From NCBI GenBank assembly GCA_027925325.1, contig AP027133.1, forward strand, positions 510,001 to 542,000: a DNA stretch of 32,000 bases, written 5' to 3'. The notes beneath the pieces are model-generated. The model was given only the letters and a program-made list of their open reading frames with translations, was not told the origin of the DNA and did no database searches. Positions 9,533-23,100 of this stretch are shown piece after piece. Each line of letters opens with the position of its first letter. The first letter of the stretch is position 1. The position numbers were made by a program, and so were the translations under genes. Origin of the DNA: Candidatus Saccharimonadota bacterium. GTDB taxonomy: Bacteria > Bacillota_I > Bacilli_A > Mycoplasmatales > Hepatoplasmataceae.

Positions 9533-9757
9533 TTATACAAATCAAATTCAATATATACCAATAATGATTGCTGGAATTCAGAAAATTACAAGCAAAATTG
9601 AAATAAGGACTCTAACTAATGTATTATCCTTCATTCAATCAAAGGCTTCTGTTGAAAATCAAACAATGAATAAATTAAGCAATCAAATAAAAGCCATTAT
9701 TGTTGCAAGAATCTTTCATCCAGTCCCACTTTTAAGTTTATTTTTAAAGTCATCCAT
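9533..9757 (-). CDS. Small Trp-rich membrane protein (74 aa)
   Basis: The RBS GAGGGGAG lies 6 nt upstream of the ATG at 9757. Translation gives MDDFKNKLKSGTGWKILATIMAFIWLLNLFIVWFSTEAFDWMKDNTLVRVLISILLVIFWIPAIIIGIYWIWFV. It has two hydrophobic segments and seven TGA codons, so it is invisible in the standard-code track. Confidence 0.55.
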
Positions 9758-9819
9758 AATTAACTCCCCTCTCAATTTTTGAATTATACCACAGAATTTT
9801 ACAAAAAAAAATCATTAAT

Positions 9820-11772
9820 TTAATAATTACTTTTAAGTTCGGTAATTAAATCACGCAATTTGATCGCTCTTTCAAAGTCATATTCCTTTGCTGCTTTTTT
9901 CATTTCTTTTTCTAAAACAGCTATCTTTTGTTTTGATTTTAATGATGATAATTTAAGTTTTTTATCTTGTTCAAATTCCTTAATTAAAGGTTTTGGAATT
10001 GCTTTTTTAATTGTAACAGGGGTAATATTATTTTTTATATTAAATTCTAATTGAATTGATCTTCTTCGATTTGTTTCATCAATCGCTCCCTGCATTGAAT
10101 TTGTAATTTTTTTAGCATAAAGAATCGCTTTTCCATTTATATTTCTTGCAACTCTTCCGATCATCTGAATTAAAGATCTTTTATTTCGTAAAAAACCATC
10201 CTTATCGGCATCTAAAATCACAATTAAAGAAACTTCCGGAACATCTAATCCTTCTCTTAATAAATTAATTCCAACAATCGCATCATAAAAACCGATTCTT
10301 AATTTTCGAATTACCTCTTCTCGTTCAAATGTTTTTAAATCACTATGTAAATAGGCAACTGAAAATTCTGTTTCTGTAAGATATTTTGCAATATCCTCTG
10401 CTAATTTTTTTGTAATCGTATTTACAAACACACGTTCATTTACTTTTTTCCGCTCTCTAATCTCATTTGCGATATCTTCAAGTTGATTTTCAACATTTTT
10501 AATTTCGATAACTGGATCTAATAATCCGGTCGGTCTTATAATCTGTTCAACATATTTATTATTTGTTTTTTTAAGTTCATAATCACCAGGAGTAGCAGAG
10601 ACAAAAATAACTTGATTGATTCGTTTTTCAAATTCAGCAAACTTAAGAGGACGATTATCAAGTGCGCTTGGTAATCTAAATCCATATTCAACAAGCGTTT
10701 TTTTACGTGAATAATCACCTTCATACATTCCACCAATTTGCGGAATAGTAATATGTGATTCATCAACTATTAATAAATAATCTTTTGGAAAATAAGAAAA
10801 GAGTGTTGCTGGTGGTTCCCCATGCTTTCTTCAAGATTCAAAATAAATTGAATAATTTTCAATTCCCCCAGTCATTCCAAATTCTTGTAATTGCTCAACA
10901 TCAAAATTTGTCCGATTTTCCAAACGCTGTTTTTCAACTAAAAGATCTTGTTCTTCAAAATAAAGTAATCTTTTAGCAAGATCTTTCTTTATTTTAACAA
11001 TCGCATCTTTTAAAAGTTCTTTTGAAACGACATTTACATCAGCTGGAGTTATTGTATATCTTTGATAATGTTTAATTGGTCTTTTTGTAAGTGAATCAAT
11101 TTCGACAATCTCTGTTATTTCATCACCAAAAAAATCAACTCTAAGACTATATTGATCTGATCAGGCGGGAACGATTTCAATTACATCGCCCTTTGAAAGA
11201 AATGAACCAGGAAAGAGATCTTCCCCTCGTTTATATCCTAAACTAACAATTTTTAACAATAATTCTTTTCTTGTTAATTTTTTACCGATCGCAATTTCAA
11301 AATGATGTTTTTTATATTCTTTCGGTTCACGATGTCCATAAATTGCAGCAACTGAAGCGACAACAATCACATCTTTTTGTGATGTAAGGGCATTTAAAGT
11401 TGAATTTCGCATCATTTCAATCTGTCAATTTTGAACCGATCTTTTCTCTACATAAAGATCTCTTTTTGGAAGATATGCTTCTGGTTGATAAAAATCAAAA
11501 TTAGAAATATAATATTCGACACGATTATTAGGAAATAATTCTTTAAATTCAACATATAACTGATTTGCAAGTGTTTTATTATGAGCAAGAACAAGCGTTG
11601 TCTTATTTACGTTTTTAATTACATTTGCAATCGTAAAAGTTTTTCCTGTTCCGGTTGCCCCAAGCAAAATATTATATTTTTGCTTATTATTTAAATTATT
11701 TGTTAAATCATTGATCGCTTCTTTTTGATCACCAGCCGGTTTTTTTTCCGTTACTAATAAAAACTTTTCCAT
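9820..11772 (-). CDS. uvrB: Excinuclease ABC subunit B (650 aa)
   Basis: Fragments 9820-10728, 11161-11415 and 11425-11772 are in one frame. Evidence includes [10 protein letters not shown] (Walker A), helicase motifs, and the C-terminal UVR domain [19 protein letters not shown]. Confidence 0.96.
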
Positions 11773-11776
11773 AAAG

Positions 11777-12766
11777 TTATTTCAAAATATCTTTTAAATA
11801 AAAAATAACTCCCCCTTTTAAAACAATCTCTGATCAATCCAAACGATAAGGATTATTTTTTTTAATTCACTCATTTAATGATATTTTATAATCATCATAA
11901 TTAAATTCGGTCATCTTATTATCTAAATATGTCCGAACAATCACTTTTGGAATTCGATCACCGATCTTATAATTAAGTTCGACAAGAACGGTATTTACTT
12001 TCTTCGCTTTTGCAAATTTATAAGCAAGTTCGGAAGCGATTAAAACTCCGGTTTTATCAACTTTAGAGAAATCTTTTCCACAAAATGCACCGCCTCCATG
12101 ACTAACTCCTGCACCAAATGTATCAATCATTAATTTTCTTCCTGTTAATCCTGTGTCTGATAATGGTCCGCAAATAAACCATTCTCCTTTCGGATTAACG
12201 ATAACATTAATTTTTAAATTAAACTGTAAAAATTGTTGTTCTAAAAATAATTTGATCATTTGAAATTTATCTTTTTTAACACCACAAACCGAAATTGAAA
12301 GTTCTTTTAAGGCTTGATTAAATAATAATTTTCAATCAGGAGCAATGATAAAATTGGCTCTTAATCTATCGATTATTTGATAAAGCATCAAAATTCTTTG
12401 ATATCTCTTTTGATTATAAAAACCATAAATTACACCTTGATCAGCAGCGACAATCTCATCTTTTTGTAATTTTTTAAGTTCTGGTGATTGAGATTTGATA
12501 TCGTTTATGATTCTAACATTTTGATAATTTGGTCATCATTTCTCACCATAAACTTTTTCAATCGCCTTATAAACCAATTTTGAATAATTAATTTTTGCTT
12601 TAGAAAAGATCTCTCCTCCGAGAAAAACGGTATTTCTTGTTACCATTACTTCCGCAGCAACTTTTGCATTTTGATCTTGTTTTAAATTTTCAACTAATAT
12701 TTTTTCGGAAATATAATCGGCAAAGCGATCAGGATGACCGTATCCTACTAATTCAATTGTTTTCAT
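11777..12766 (-). CDS. metK: S-adenosylmethionine synthetase (329 aa, short)
   Basis: I translated the whole frame, and only TGA interruptions occur. The track's stop at 11867 is TGA; the true TAA is at 11777-11779. Motifs seen: [24 protein letters not shown] and [18 protein letters not shown]. Confidence 0.88.
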
Positions 12767-12773
12767 ATTAAAA

Positions 12774-13160
12774 TTATGATTTTATCATCTGATATATCTC
12801 TTCTACACTATTTTTACTTAATTTTGCAGCTGTTTTTCCATCGTAAAAGGGAATTATATGCATATGTGTATGGAAAACTTTTTGTCCAGCAAAAGCACCA
12901 TTATTAAAAAGAATCTTTGTTCCTTTTGCTTTTAATTTTTCCTCTTGTAATTTTCTAACTTTTTCCGCTGCTTTAAATAAGGCAATAATCGTATTATCTT
13001 TTTCTTGATAAATATTTTCTTTTCTAATTTTTGGAATAACAAGAATATGACCAGGATTAAAAGGATAAATATCCATAATTGCAATTAATAATTTATTTTC
13101 AAATAATTTAAGACTCTCGATCTCCCCATTTATAATCTTTAAAAAAACATCTTTTTCCAT
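12774..13160 (-). CDS. HIT-family (histidine triad) hydrolase (128 aa)
   Basis: The HTHMHIIPF histidine-triad motif (HxHxHxx) is present, and the fold-typical N-terminus reads IINGEIES. Confidence 0.88.
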   Translation of the reverse strand: MEKDVFLKIINGEIESLKLFENKLLIAIMDIYPFNPGHILVIPKIRKENIYQEKDNTIIALFKAAEKVRKLQEEKLKAKGTKILFNNGAFAGQKVFHTHMHIIPFYDGKTAAKLSKNSVEEIYQMIKS

Positions 13161-13182
13161 TTTTATCCATTCCTACTTTAAA

Positions 13183-14592
13183 TTAAACTGTAATTTTACG
13201 AAATTCATTCTTAGTTGCGAGTAAAACTTTTGTATTTTTTTTAATTCCACAATCTAATAATAACTTACGGACTTTATGATCATCATTATAATCTGATAAA
13301 TTTGCATGATGTTTTGTATAAACACCATAATTTACACCAAATTTAGTAACCTTAGATTTATCTTTAATAAAACCTAAAATGATAGCATTAGCACGAAAAC
13401 GAGATAAGGCATTGATCATTCTTCCTTTTTCTGAAAAAACAGCGACATATTTTGCATCATTTGTAAGAGCTTGTTTTGCAACAAGGTAAGCTGTTTCAGC
13501 ATTTGAAGAATCAACAAAAGCATACGCTTTTTCATATGAATCTAAATAATTATAATTTTTTTCAGCTTCTAAATTAATTCTTGCCATTGTCTCAACTGAT
13601 TCTAACGGAAAATCTCCAGAAGCAGATTCTCCTGAAAGCATTGTTGCATCGGTTCCTGAAATTGCTGCATAATAAACATCGGTAACTTCAGCACGTGTTG
13701 GACGTGGATTTTCCATCATTGAATCTAACATTTGTGTCGCAATTACAATTGGTTTTCCTCAAGCACGACATTTTTCAATAATTAATTTTTCATAAAAGGG
13801 AACTTCATAATAAGGGATTTCAACTCCCAAATCTCCTCTTGCTAACATTATAGAATCAGAATAATTGATAATTTCGTTTAAATTTTCAATCGCTTTTAAA
13901 GCCTCAATTTTAGACATAATTAAAACTTCTTTTCCGCCATTTATATCTAAAAATTTTCGTAATTCAATCAAATCTTTCTTGTTACGAACAAAAGAAGCAG
14001 CGATATAATCGATTCCTTCTTTAATTCCCCATTTGATAAAATCTTTATCATGCGTATTTAAAAATGGTAATGTAAGATCAGCACCTGGAATATTTACAGC
14101 TTTTTTAGTACTAATAAAATGATTATTTTCTGATTTTACCGTTACTATTCCATTTTCCTTATCGATTGATTTTACAATTAATGACAACTTACCATCATCA
14201 ATTAAAATTAATTGTCCAATTTTTACGGTATTTGCAAGATCTTTATAGGTAACAGAAAATTTTTTATCTGATCCTAAGATCTCTTTTTTACAATAAATTT
14301 GCAATATATCATTGCGTTTGATCTTAATTTTATTACCTTCAATCTGATGAATTCTAATCTCAGGTCCTTTTGTATCTAAAAGAATTGAAATTGGTAATCC
14401 TAATTTAGCACGAACATCCTTAATTACTTTAATTCTTTTTCCATGCTCTAAAATATCACCATGGGAAATATTTAAACGAACGACATTTACACCATATGTA
14501 AACATCTTTTCCATCAATTCTTCTGTTTCAAAAGTTGGTCCTGCCGTTGCAATTATTTTTGTTTTTTTAATAAATGTATTATTTAATTTCAT
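13183..14592 (-). CDS. pyk: Pyruvate kinase (469 aa)
   Basis: Fragments 13183-13731 and 13759-14592 are in frame. Motifs seen: [31 protein letters not shown] and MLSGESA. Confidence 0.94.
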
Positions 14593-14612
14593 AAATTTTA
14601 CTCCTGTTCTTA

Positions 14613-15569
14613 TTAAACTAATTGTTGATATTCTCTTAATAATTCATCTTTTGAAGGTCGCTTCATTTCAACAATCTCAAGTAAATTTTTAACATTTAAT
14701 TTATTATTAGAAATATTTACAGCAACTCCACTTTTATTTGCAATTAACATTTTTACTGCGTAATTTGCCATACGCGCAGTCAATAATCTTTCTGCGCAAT
14801 TTGCTCTTCCCCCGCGTTGAATATGTCCTAATACCGTGATTTTTGTCTCTTGTTTTAATTCTTTTTCGATCGCTCTTGCAATTTTATTTAAATCATCATA
14901 CATTAATTCCGAAATAAGTACAATTTTAGAACGTTTTGAATCACTTTCTTTTAATCTTGTAATAATTTGCTCAATTGTTAATTTTTTTTCTGGAATTGAT
15001 AAAACCTCTGCTCCGGTGATAATCGCTGCATTTAAAGCTAAATCACCACATCCATGTCCCATAACCTCAACTAAATTAATCCGATTATGTGATTCTGATG
15101 TATCTCTTAAATTATCAATCGCATTTACAATTGTTTCAAGTGCTGTATTGAAACCGATTGTATAATCGGTTGAAGAAATATCATTATCGATCGTAGCCGG
15201 TAGACCAATCGTTTTTATTCCCATTTCTGTAAGCTTTGCAGCACCCTTATAAGTTCCATCACCACCGATACAGATAAGAGCTTCAATTCCTCTGTTTTTT
15301 AAATTAGCAACAGCTTTGTTACGGATTTTTAAATCGGCAAATTGCGGAAATCTCGCCGAATAAATCATCGTTCCGCCCTTACGATCGATGAACTTTACCT
15401 CTTCTTTTGTAATTTTGGCAAAATTATCATCATAAAGTCCTTTGTAGCCTTCAAATACAATATAAGGTTCAATTTTATTATTGATTGCAACATTTACAAT
15501 TGCTTTTAAAGCAACATTCATTCCTGGGCAATCGCCCCCCGATGTTAAAATAGCAATTTTTTTAATCAT
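14613..15569 (-). CDS. pfkA: ATP-dependent 6-phosphofructokinase (318 aa)
   Basis: MIKKIAILTSGGDCPGMN, IGGDGT, PATIDND and GHIQRGG are present. The start is set at the ATG at 15569, preceded by AAAGGA; the track ORF starts at an upstream TTG. Confidence 0.94.
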   Translation of the reverse strand: MIKKIAILTSGGDCPGMNVALKAIVNVAINNKIEPYIVFEGYKGLYDDNFAKITKEEVKFIDRKGGTMIYSARFPQFADLKIRNKAVANLKNRGIEALICIGGDGTYKGAAKLTEMGIKTIGLPATIDNDISSTDYTIGFNTALETIVNAIDNLRDTSESHNRINLVEVMGHGCGDLALNAAIITGAEVLSIPEKKLTIEQIITRLKESDSKRSKIVLISELMYDDLNKIARAIEKELKQETKITVLGHIQRGGRANCAERLLTARMANYAVKMLIANKSGVAVNISNNKLNVKNLLEIVEMKRPSKDELLREYQQLV

Positions 15570-15651
15570 TTTATTCCTTTTCAATTCAAATTGATTTTTA
15601 AATTAAAAAGAAAGCGAAAATATCCACTTTCTCTTTTAAATTAATAAATCC

Positions 15652-16950
<1,299 letters not shown>

Positions 16951-17100
16951 AAAATTATATATATCTCCTTGTTTATGATTTTTTTAAAAAATAATTTTAA
17001 ATCTAAGTTTATAAATTTGAAACTATATATACTTTTGTATATATACACAAAAATTATAAACCAAAGTTATTAATTATAAAAGATAAATTTAATAAAAGAA

Positions 17101-17125
17101 AACTTCTCTTTTGATAAGAGAAGTT
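17101..17125 (-). terminator. Intrinsic terminator downstream of rpmE
   Basis: AACTTCTCTT-TTGAT-AAGAGAAGTT has a 10-bp perfect stem. On the minus strand it is followed by UUCUUUUAUU. Confidence 0.6.
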
Positions 17126-17151
17126 GCTTTAATTTTAAAAGAATTAGAAAA

Positions 17152-17364
17152 TTATTTTTTTGTTTGGGCAAATCTTTTGTTGAATTTATCAATCCGACCG
17201 GCTTTTACATTTGCTCCCATTTTACCTGTGTAAAAAGGATGACATTTAGAACAAACATCAATTTGTAAATGTTCTTTTGTTGAATTTACATTAAATTCCG
17301 TTCCACATGTAGAACACTTCACAATTATATTATAGTATTTTGGATGTAAATCTTTTTTCATCAT
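17152..17364 (-). CDS. rpmE: 50S ribosomal protein L31 (70 aa)
   Basis: MKKDLHPKYY...CSTCG...CSKCHPFYTGK is the canonical L31 pattern with the CxxC pair. Confidence 0.93.
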   Translation of the reverse strand: MMKKDLHPKYYNIIVKCSTCGTEFNVNSTKEHLQIDVCSKCHPFYTGKMGANVKAGRIDKFNKRFAQTKK

Positions 17365-17408
17365 AATTCTCCTTTTCTTTTTTAAATTTTAAAATAAATA
17401 AGATCAAT

Positions 17409-18275
17409 TTATTTTGCTTTATTTTTTGTTCCAAATAAGGTTATTTTTTCGGCAACTGTATCTTTCATATTTTTATAAGCATAAGTTCCAATAATTTTTC
17501 TAGGATCATATCCCATTCCTTTTTGGTCAAGTTTTTCTTCGATATATCTTCGAATTCCCTTTGCAAATGCCTCTTGAATCTCAGTATTTACATTAATTTT
17601 TGCTTCACCAGCTGCGATTGCTTTTGTAATTTGTTCATTAGGAATACCACTTCCTCCATGCAATACTAAAGGTAAATTAGTTGCTTTTGCATATATTTCC
17701 ATTTCTTTAAATCCTAATTTAGGTTTACCAACATAGTGACCATGAACGGAACCAAGTGAAGCAGCCAACATTGTAATTCCGGTAGCGGCGATGCTTTCAC
17801 ATTCACTTAATGAAGCGTAATTTATTCCACCGACAACACCATCTTCATTTCCACCTACAGTTCCAACTTCGGCTTCTACTGAAGCTTGGTGCTTATTAGC
17901 ATATTCAACAACTTCTTTTGTTTTTAAAACATTTTCCTTAATATTTAATGAAGATCCATCAAACATTACAGATTTATAACCAGCATCGATCGCTTTTTTG
18001 CAATTTTCAACTGATTGCCCATGATCAAGATGCAACACAACAGGAATCGTAATTTTTAAATCCTTCATTAAACCTTCGACCATTCCGACAATCGCATGGA
18101 AACCACCCATATATTTAACCGCTCCTTCAGATGTTCCTAAAATTACAGGAGCTTTCATTTCTTGGCAAGTTTCTAGTACGGCTTTTGTTCATTCTAAATT
18201 ATTAATATTATATTGACCGACAGCATATTTGCCTTTTTTTGCATCATTTAAAATCTTTTTTGCATTTGATAACAT
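17409..18275 (-). CDS. fba: Class II fructose-bisphosphate aldolase (288 aa)
   Basis: The N-terminus extends through one TGA to the ATG at 18275 ([29 protein letters not shown]...). LHLDHG, SVHG and VLHGGSG motifs are present. Confidence 0.92.
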
Positions 18276-18356
18276 GTTATATTTTCCTTTTTTTTATTAT
18301 TTAATATCTTTGATAAAATTAAAATACAATAAACATTATAAAATAAGAGAGACTAA

Positions 18357-18728
18357 TTAATTATCTTCTTCACTATCTTCAAAAACTATCGGAGAATCTT
18401 CAACTTCTTCATCATCAAGTGTTAGATCATTATCTTTAAGTAAATCAATTTGATCTTCTTTTTCAATTTGACTACCAAAAACATTAACCTTAATATCTTC
18501 GATTTCTTGTAAAGAATAATTTTCTTTTAAATCCCAAATTTCATTACCAAGCATAATTAATTTTTCATCATTAATCATTGAAATAAAAAAATCTGATTTA
18601 ATTTCTGGCTCTTTTTTAATAGTATCAATTTGATCAAAAAGTTCTTTCTTAATATTAGTTCAAATTACATCAAATTTTTTTGCTCCGTTTTTTTTAATAA
18701 AATCAATCGCTAAATCTACGCTTAACAT
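18357..18728 (-). CDS. rpoE: RNA polymerase delta subunit (123 aa)
   Basis: Code-4 extension reaches the ATG at 18728. The N-terminal domain reads ...FFISMINDEKLIMLGNEIWDLKENY, which resembles the FYTDL..DGRF..LG.N.WGLR pattern of RpoE. The tail is strongly acidic (DDEEVEDSPIVFEDSEEDN). Confidence 0.72.
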
Positions 18729-18792
18729 TCATATTCTCCTTTAATTATCTAAAATTATCAATTTCACATAATAAAAATATTATAAATTAAAT

Positions 18793-20442
18793 CTACATTT
18801 TTTCAATTATCTCTATTTTTAATATATTAAAAATTCTTGCAAATAAATTCTTAAGCGCGACAATTAAAATTAAACGTTCATGTTCTTGTTCTTTATTAGA
18901 ACTGATTATTTTGCAATTATTATAATAACTATGAAATATTTGCGCTAATTCTTTCAAATAATTAGTTAAAATTAATGGTTCTCGATTTAATGATGCTTGC
19001 AAAACTTGATCATGAAAGGCAGTCATTTTTGATAATAATTGTTCTTCTTTTGCATCCTCACCAAGATATTTATAATTTTTCTTTAATTCTAAATTTGATA
19101 GTCTTTCTTGTCCTGCTTTTTTTAACAATTGATGAATTCGAGAATTTGCATATTGTATATATCAATAAATATTATTAATATCTTTTTTATTAATTTTTGC
19201 GATATCAATCGCATGCATTTGTGATTTTCCCTTTGCAAGAATTGAAAATTTAAAAACGCCAAGATCAACTTTTTCTAAAATTTCTCGAATTTTAATCGCT
19301 GTTCCTTTTCGCTTAGACATTTTAAATTCTTGTCCATTTTCAAGTAATTTAACAATTGTAATATAATCAATTTTTAACTTATTAGCATCATATCCTAAAA
19401 TTTGCAATCCAGATTTGATTCTTTTTTCATATCCATGATGGTCAGCTCCTCAAAGATTAATCATTAAATCAAATCCTCTTTGATATTTTTGAACATGATT
19501 TGCAATATCAGCTACCATATAGGTAAAACTACCATCACTTTTAATTAAAACACGATCTTTTGTATCAAAAAAAGCAGATGTATTTAATCAAGTTGCTCCA
19601 TCTTTTTCGTAAAAATATTCTGTTTTTTGTAAATTTTTTAAAATTTCATCTACTTTTTTATCATCGAATAATTTTTGATCTGATGTATAAATATCAAAAT
19701 CAGCAACCATTAATGAATTTAAATCTTTTTTGATTTCTGATAAATAATGTTTAATTGCCAATTTTTTAAGTTTTTTAATAATTTGTTCTTGCTCTTTTAA
19801 ATAAAATAATTTTTGTTCTTTTTTTGCTAAATAATTTGCATAATCAATAATTTCATATCCATTATATTCAGAACTTTTTACAAAATCATTTTTGATATTT
19901 AATTTCTTTAAAGCATAATAATAAATGGCTTTTGCAAGATTATCAATTTGATTTCCACCATCATTTATGTAATATTCTCTTGTCACATTATGACCGATAT
20001 AATCTAGTAACATAACCGTTGTCTCACCAATAATAGCATTTCTTGCATGACCTAAATGCAAATATCCTGTCGGATTTGCTGATACAAATTCATAATTTAT
20101 TTTTTGTTTTAAAATCGTATTAAATTCTTCCTGATAATTTTTATCAAAATAAAGTAATGCTTTTTTAATAATCTGTTCTTTTTTAAAAAAGAAATTAATA
20201 AATCCTGGTTCTGTAACTGTAATATCAGAAAAATAATTAAAATTTAATAAAAAATCTTTTATGTTGTTTGCAATTTTAATTGCATCCTTTTTATTTTTAT
20301 TTGCTAATAAAATTGCAATATTTGTATTAAAATCACCAAACTGTTTATTCTTTCCGACAAAAACAAAAATCTTTTCCTTTGGAAATGAAATTTTATGATC
20401 ATTTAGATATTTTTGCAGATAAAAAATTATTTCTTCTTTCAT
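18793..20442 (-). CDS. argS: Arginyl-tRNA synthetase (549 aa)
   Basis: Three fragments are in one frame. Evidence includes [15 protein letters not shown] (HIGH region) and a C-terminal DALR-type anticodon-binding helix region. Confidence 0.94.
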
Positions 20443-20445
20443 ATC

Positions 20446-21612
20446 CTAAATTTTTAAACCTATTTTTTCTGTCTTTAATTGACTATAATCATTTACTTTA
20501 ATATTTATTACCGTTGAAACCTCTCGTAATTTTTTAATTTTATTATTACTAAATAAAATTAATGCTTCCTTACTATAATTACTTTCTTGATAAAAATGAA
20601 ATGAAGTTTTTAAATCAATCTCTTCTCAAGTAAATCCTTTTTGCTCTTTTTTCATCATCTTTAATTCATCCATTTTACAAATTGTCGCCCTTTTTTGATA
20701 AATCAAATGATTTGCAATTTTAATGATAATTTGATCTTTTTCATTCAGTGATTTCTTAATAAAATTTCAAATAGTATTATCATCCAAATTAAGAAATTGT
20801 TCAATTGTCAATTCTTGCTCTTTAAAAAGAGGAATGAATTGTTGGTATTCATGAATTAATTGCTTATTTTTAAATAAATATTTTAAGCGTTTAAAAAATC
20901 AGAGAAAAAGAATTGAACAAGCGACATTTTTAGGACTATTATAGACAACTTTATTCATATGATAACGACCAAGAATCATCGCTTCAATCGTTGAAATTGC
21001 TTTTTGTGTAAATGCCAATTTATTATTAATTATTTTTGCATTACGTATCAATCAATTATATTCAATTTTGCCATAATCTAAACCAACATGATATGAATCT
21101 CTTAGTAAATAATCCAAACGATCAACATCAATTTCTGATGATATCAGTTGATTTACTCACTCCAAATGATATTTACCTTGTAAAATTTGACTAATCGCTA
21201 TTATTAACTGAGGATCTTTCTTATTTAAAATTTGATTAATTTCAGTATTTTGATCATTAATGATTTTAAGTGAATATTGCTCATGATTTATTGTTGAAAT
21301 TTGTTCAAAAAGATGCGAAAAAGGTCCATGTCCAAGATCATGCAAAAGAGCAGAAGCAAGAGTTGCCTGATAAGTTAATTTATCAATTTCTACTTTATCT
21401 TCAATAAATTTTTTTAAAAATTTTTTTGCTAATTGATAAGCGCCCAAGCTATGACTTAAACGATTATGTGTTGCCCCTGGAAATTGGAAGCTTGTTAATC
21501 CTAATTGATTTATTCTAGCTAATCTTTTAAATTCTTTTGCATTAAATAATTCGATTAAAAAATCTTCTTCAAAAGTAATATTTTTTAAAATATTATCAGT
21601 TATATATCTCAT
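20446..21612 (-). CDS. HD-domain dNTP triphosphohydrolase-like protein (388 aa)
   Basis: Motifs seen: [19 protein letters not shown] and [17 protein letters not shown] translated the whole frame through the TGAs to TAG at 20446-20448. Its start overlaps the gltX stop by 4 nt. Confidence 0.8.
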
Positions 21613-23024
21613 TTCTTTAAAAATCCTTCTAATATTAATCTTGTTTTATCTTTTCCATAAATTTCAATAGTTTTTATAAGACTTGGTCCTTGTTCTCTTC
21701 CGGTAATGGCAAGTCTTAATGGATGCATTAAATCTTTCCCTTTAAGTTTAAATTTATCACCTAATTTATTAATTAAAAATTGTAATTTCGAATCTGTAAA
21801 ATCAAAATCTTTAATTTGATTTAAAAATTCTTTAATTAAATTGATTTCGATCAATTTAAATTTATGATCAATTTTTTTTCATGTTGGGAAAACAGTAAAA
21901 ATTTTAATTAGATCTCTTATTTCGCTTCCCTCTCTTAATTGTGCTTGAAAAAGTAATAAAATTTTTGCTAAATTATCTTTAATAATTAAAAGATCCTTTT
22001 TATCAATAAATGGAAGTAAAAATTCTTTTAATTGATCCAAATTTAATCTTTTAATATAATAATTATTTGTTCATTTTAATTTTGCATAATTAAATTGTGT
22101 CGGTGATTTAGAAAATCTATTTACATCAAAAATTTCAATTAATTTATTCTTTGTAAAAATTTCATCTCTAGTTGATGGAGATCAACCTAACAAACTTAAA
22201 AAATTAAAAACAGCTTCTGGAAGATATCCTAATTTTTGATAAGAATCAATAAATTGAAAAACCGATTGATCTCTTTTTGATAATTTTTTATTATCTTTAT
22301 TTACAATCACCGTAAGATGAGCAAATCGTGGTGGTTCTCAAGCGAATAATTTATAAAGATATAATTGTTTTGCTGTATTTGAAATATGTTCTTCACCACG
22401 AAAAACATCGGTTATTTTCATTAAATGATCATCAATTACATTAGCAAAATTATAAGTTGGCATTCCATCTGATTTTAAAATTACAAAATCACCAAGAGAA
22501 GCAGCCGGTATTTTAATTTTTCCTCTTACTAAATCATCTCATTCTAAATTTTTATTTTCATCAACATATAAACGAATTACCGGTTTTATTCCTGCTTTTG
22601 GAATTGGATTAAAAAAACATTTTCGATCATATTTTACAGACTTAATTCCCTGTGCTTTTTGTCTTTTTGCTGATTCTTCTAATTCTTCTTTTGTACAATA
22701 ACACTTATAAGCTAGTTTTTTTTGTAATAATAAATCAATATATTTTTGATAAATTGATAATCTTTTTGATTGTAAATAGGGACCATATTGATCCTCTTTT
22801 TGATAAGAAAAATCAGGATCAATTCCTAGTCATCTTAAACCATCTAATTGATTTTTTGCTCCCTCTTTTATATTTCTTTTAAGATCTGTATCTTCGATTC
22901 TTAAAACAAATATTCCATTTTGGTTTTTTGCATATAAATAATTAAAAAGTGCTGTTCGGGCACCACCTAAATGCAATCTTCCCGTAGGTGAAGGAGCATA
23001 TCTTGTTCTTACTTCTTTTTTCAT
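21609..23024 (-). CDS. gltX: Glutamyl-tRNA synthetase (471 aa)
   Basis: The N-terminus reads [25 protein letters not shown]. Fragments 21609-21854 and 22830-23024 are in frame. Confidence 0.94.
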
Positions 23025-23060
23025 AGCAAATTTTAAATTATTATACTATTTAAAATCAAC

Positions 23061-23087
23061 AAAAAAAGCAAAGTAAACACCTTGCTT
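23061..23087 (-). terminator. Intrinsic terminator downstream of the 157-aa gene
   Basis: The minus strand reads AAGCAAGG-UGUUUA-CUUUGCUU followed by UUUUUGUUG. Confidence 0.5.
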
Positions 23088-23100
23088 AAATTTATCTATT

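Noticed and set aside
9426-9782. The 118-aa plus-strand ORF in the track.
   Set aside because: It is the antisense shadow of the SD-preceded, code-4 membrane micro-ORF at 9533-9757, and it spans the terminator hairpin at 9491-9517. It has a low-complexity composition.
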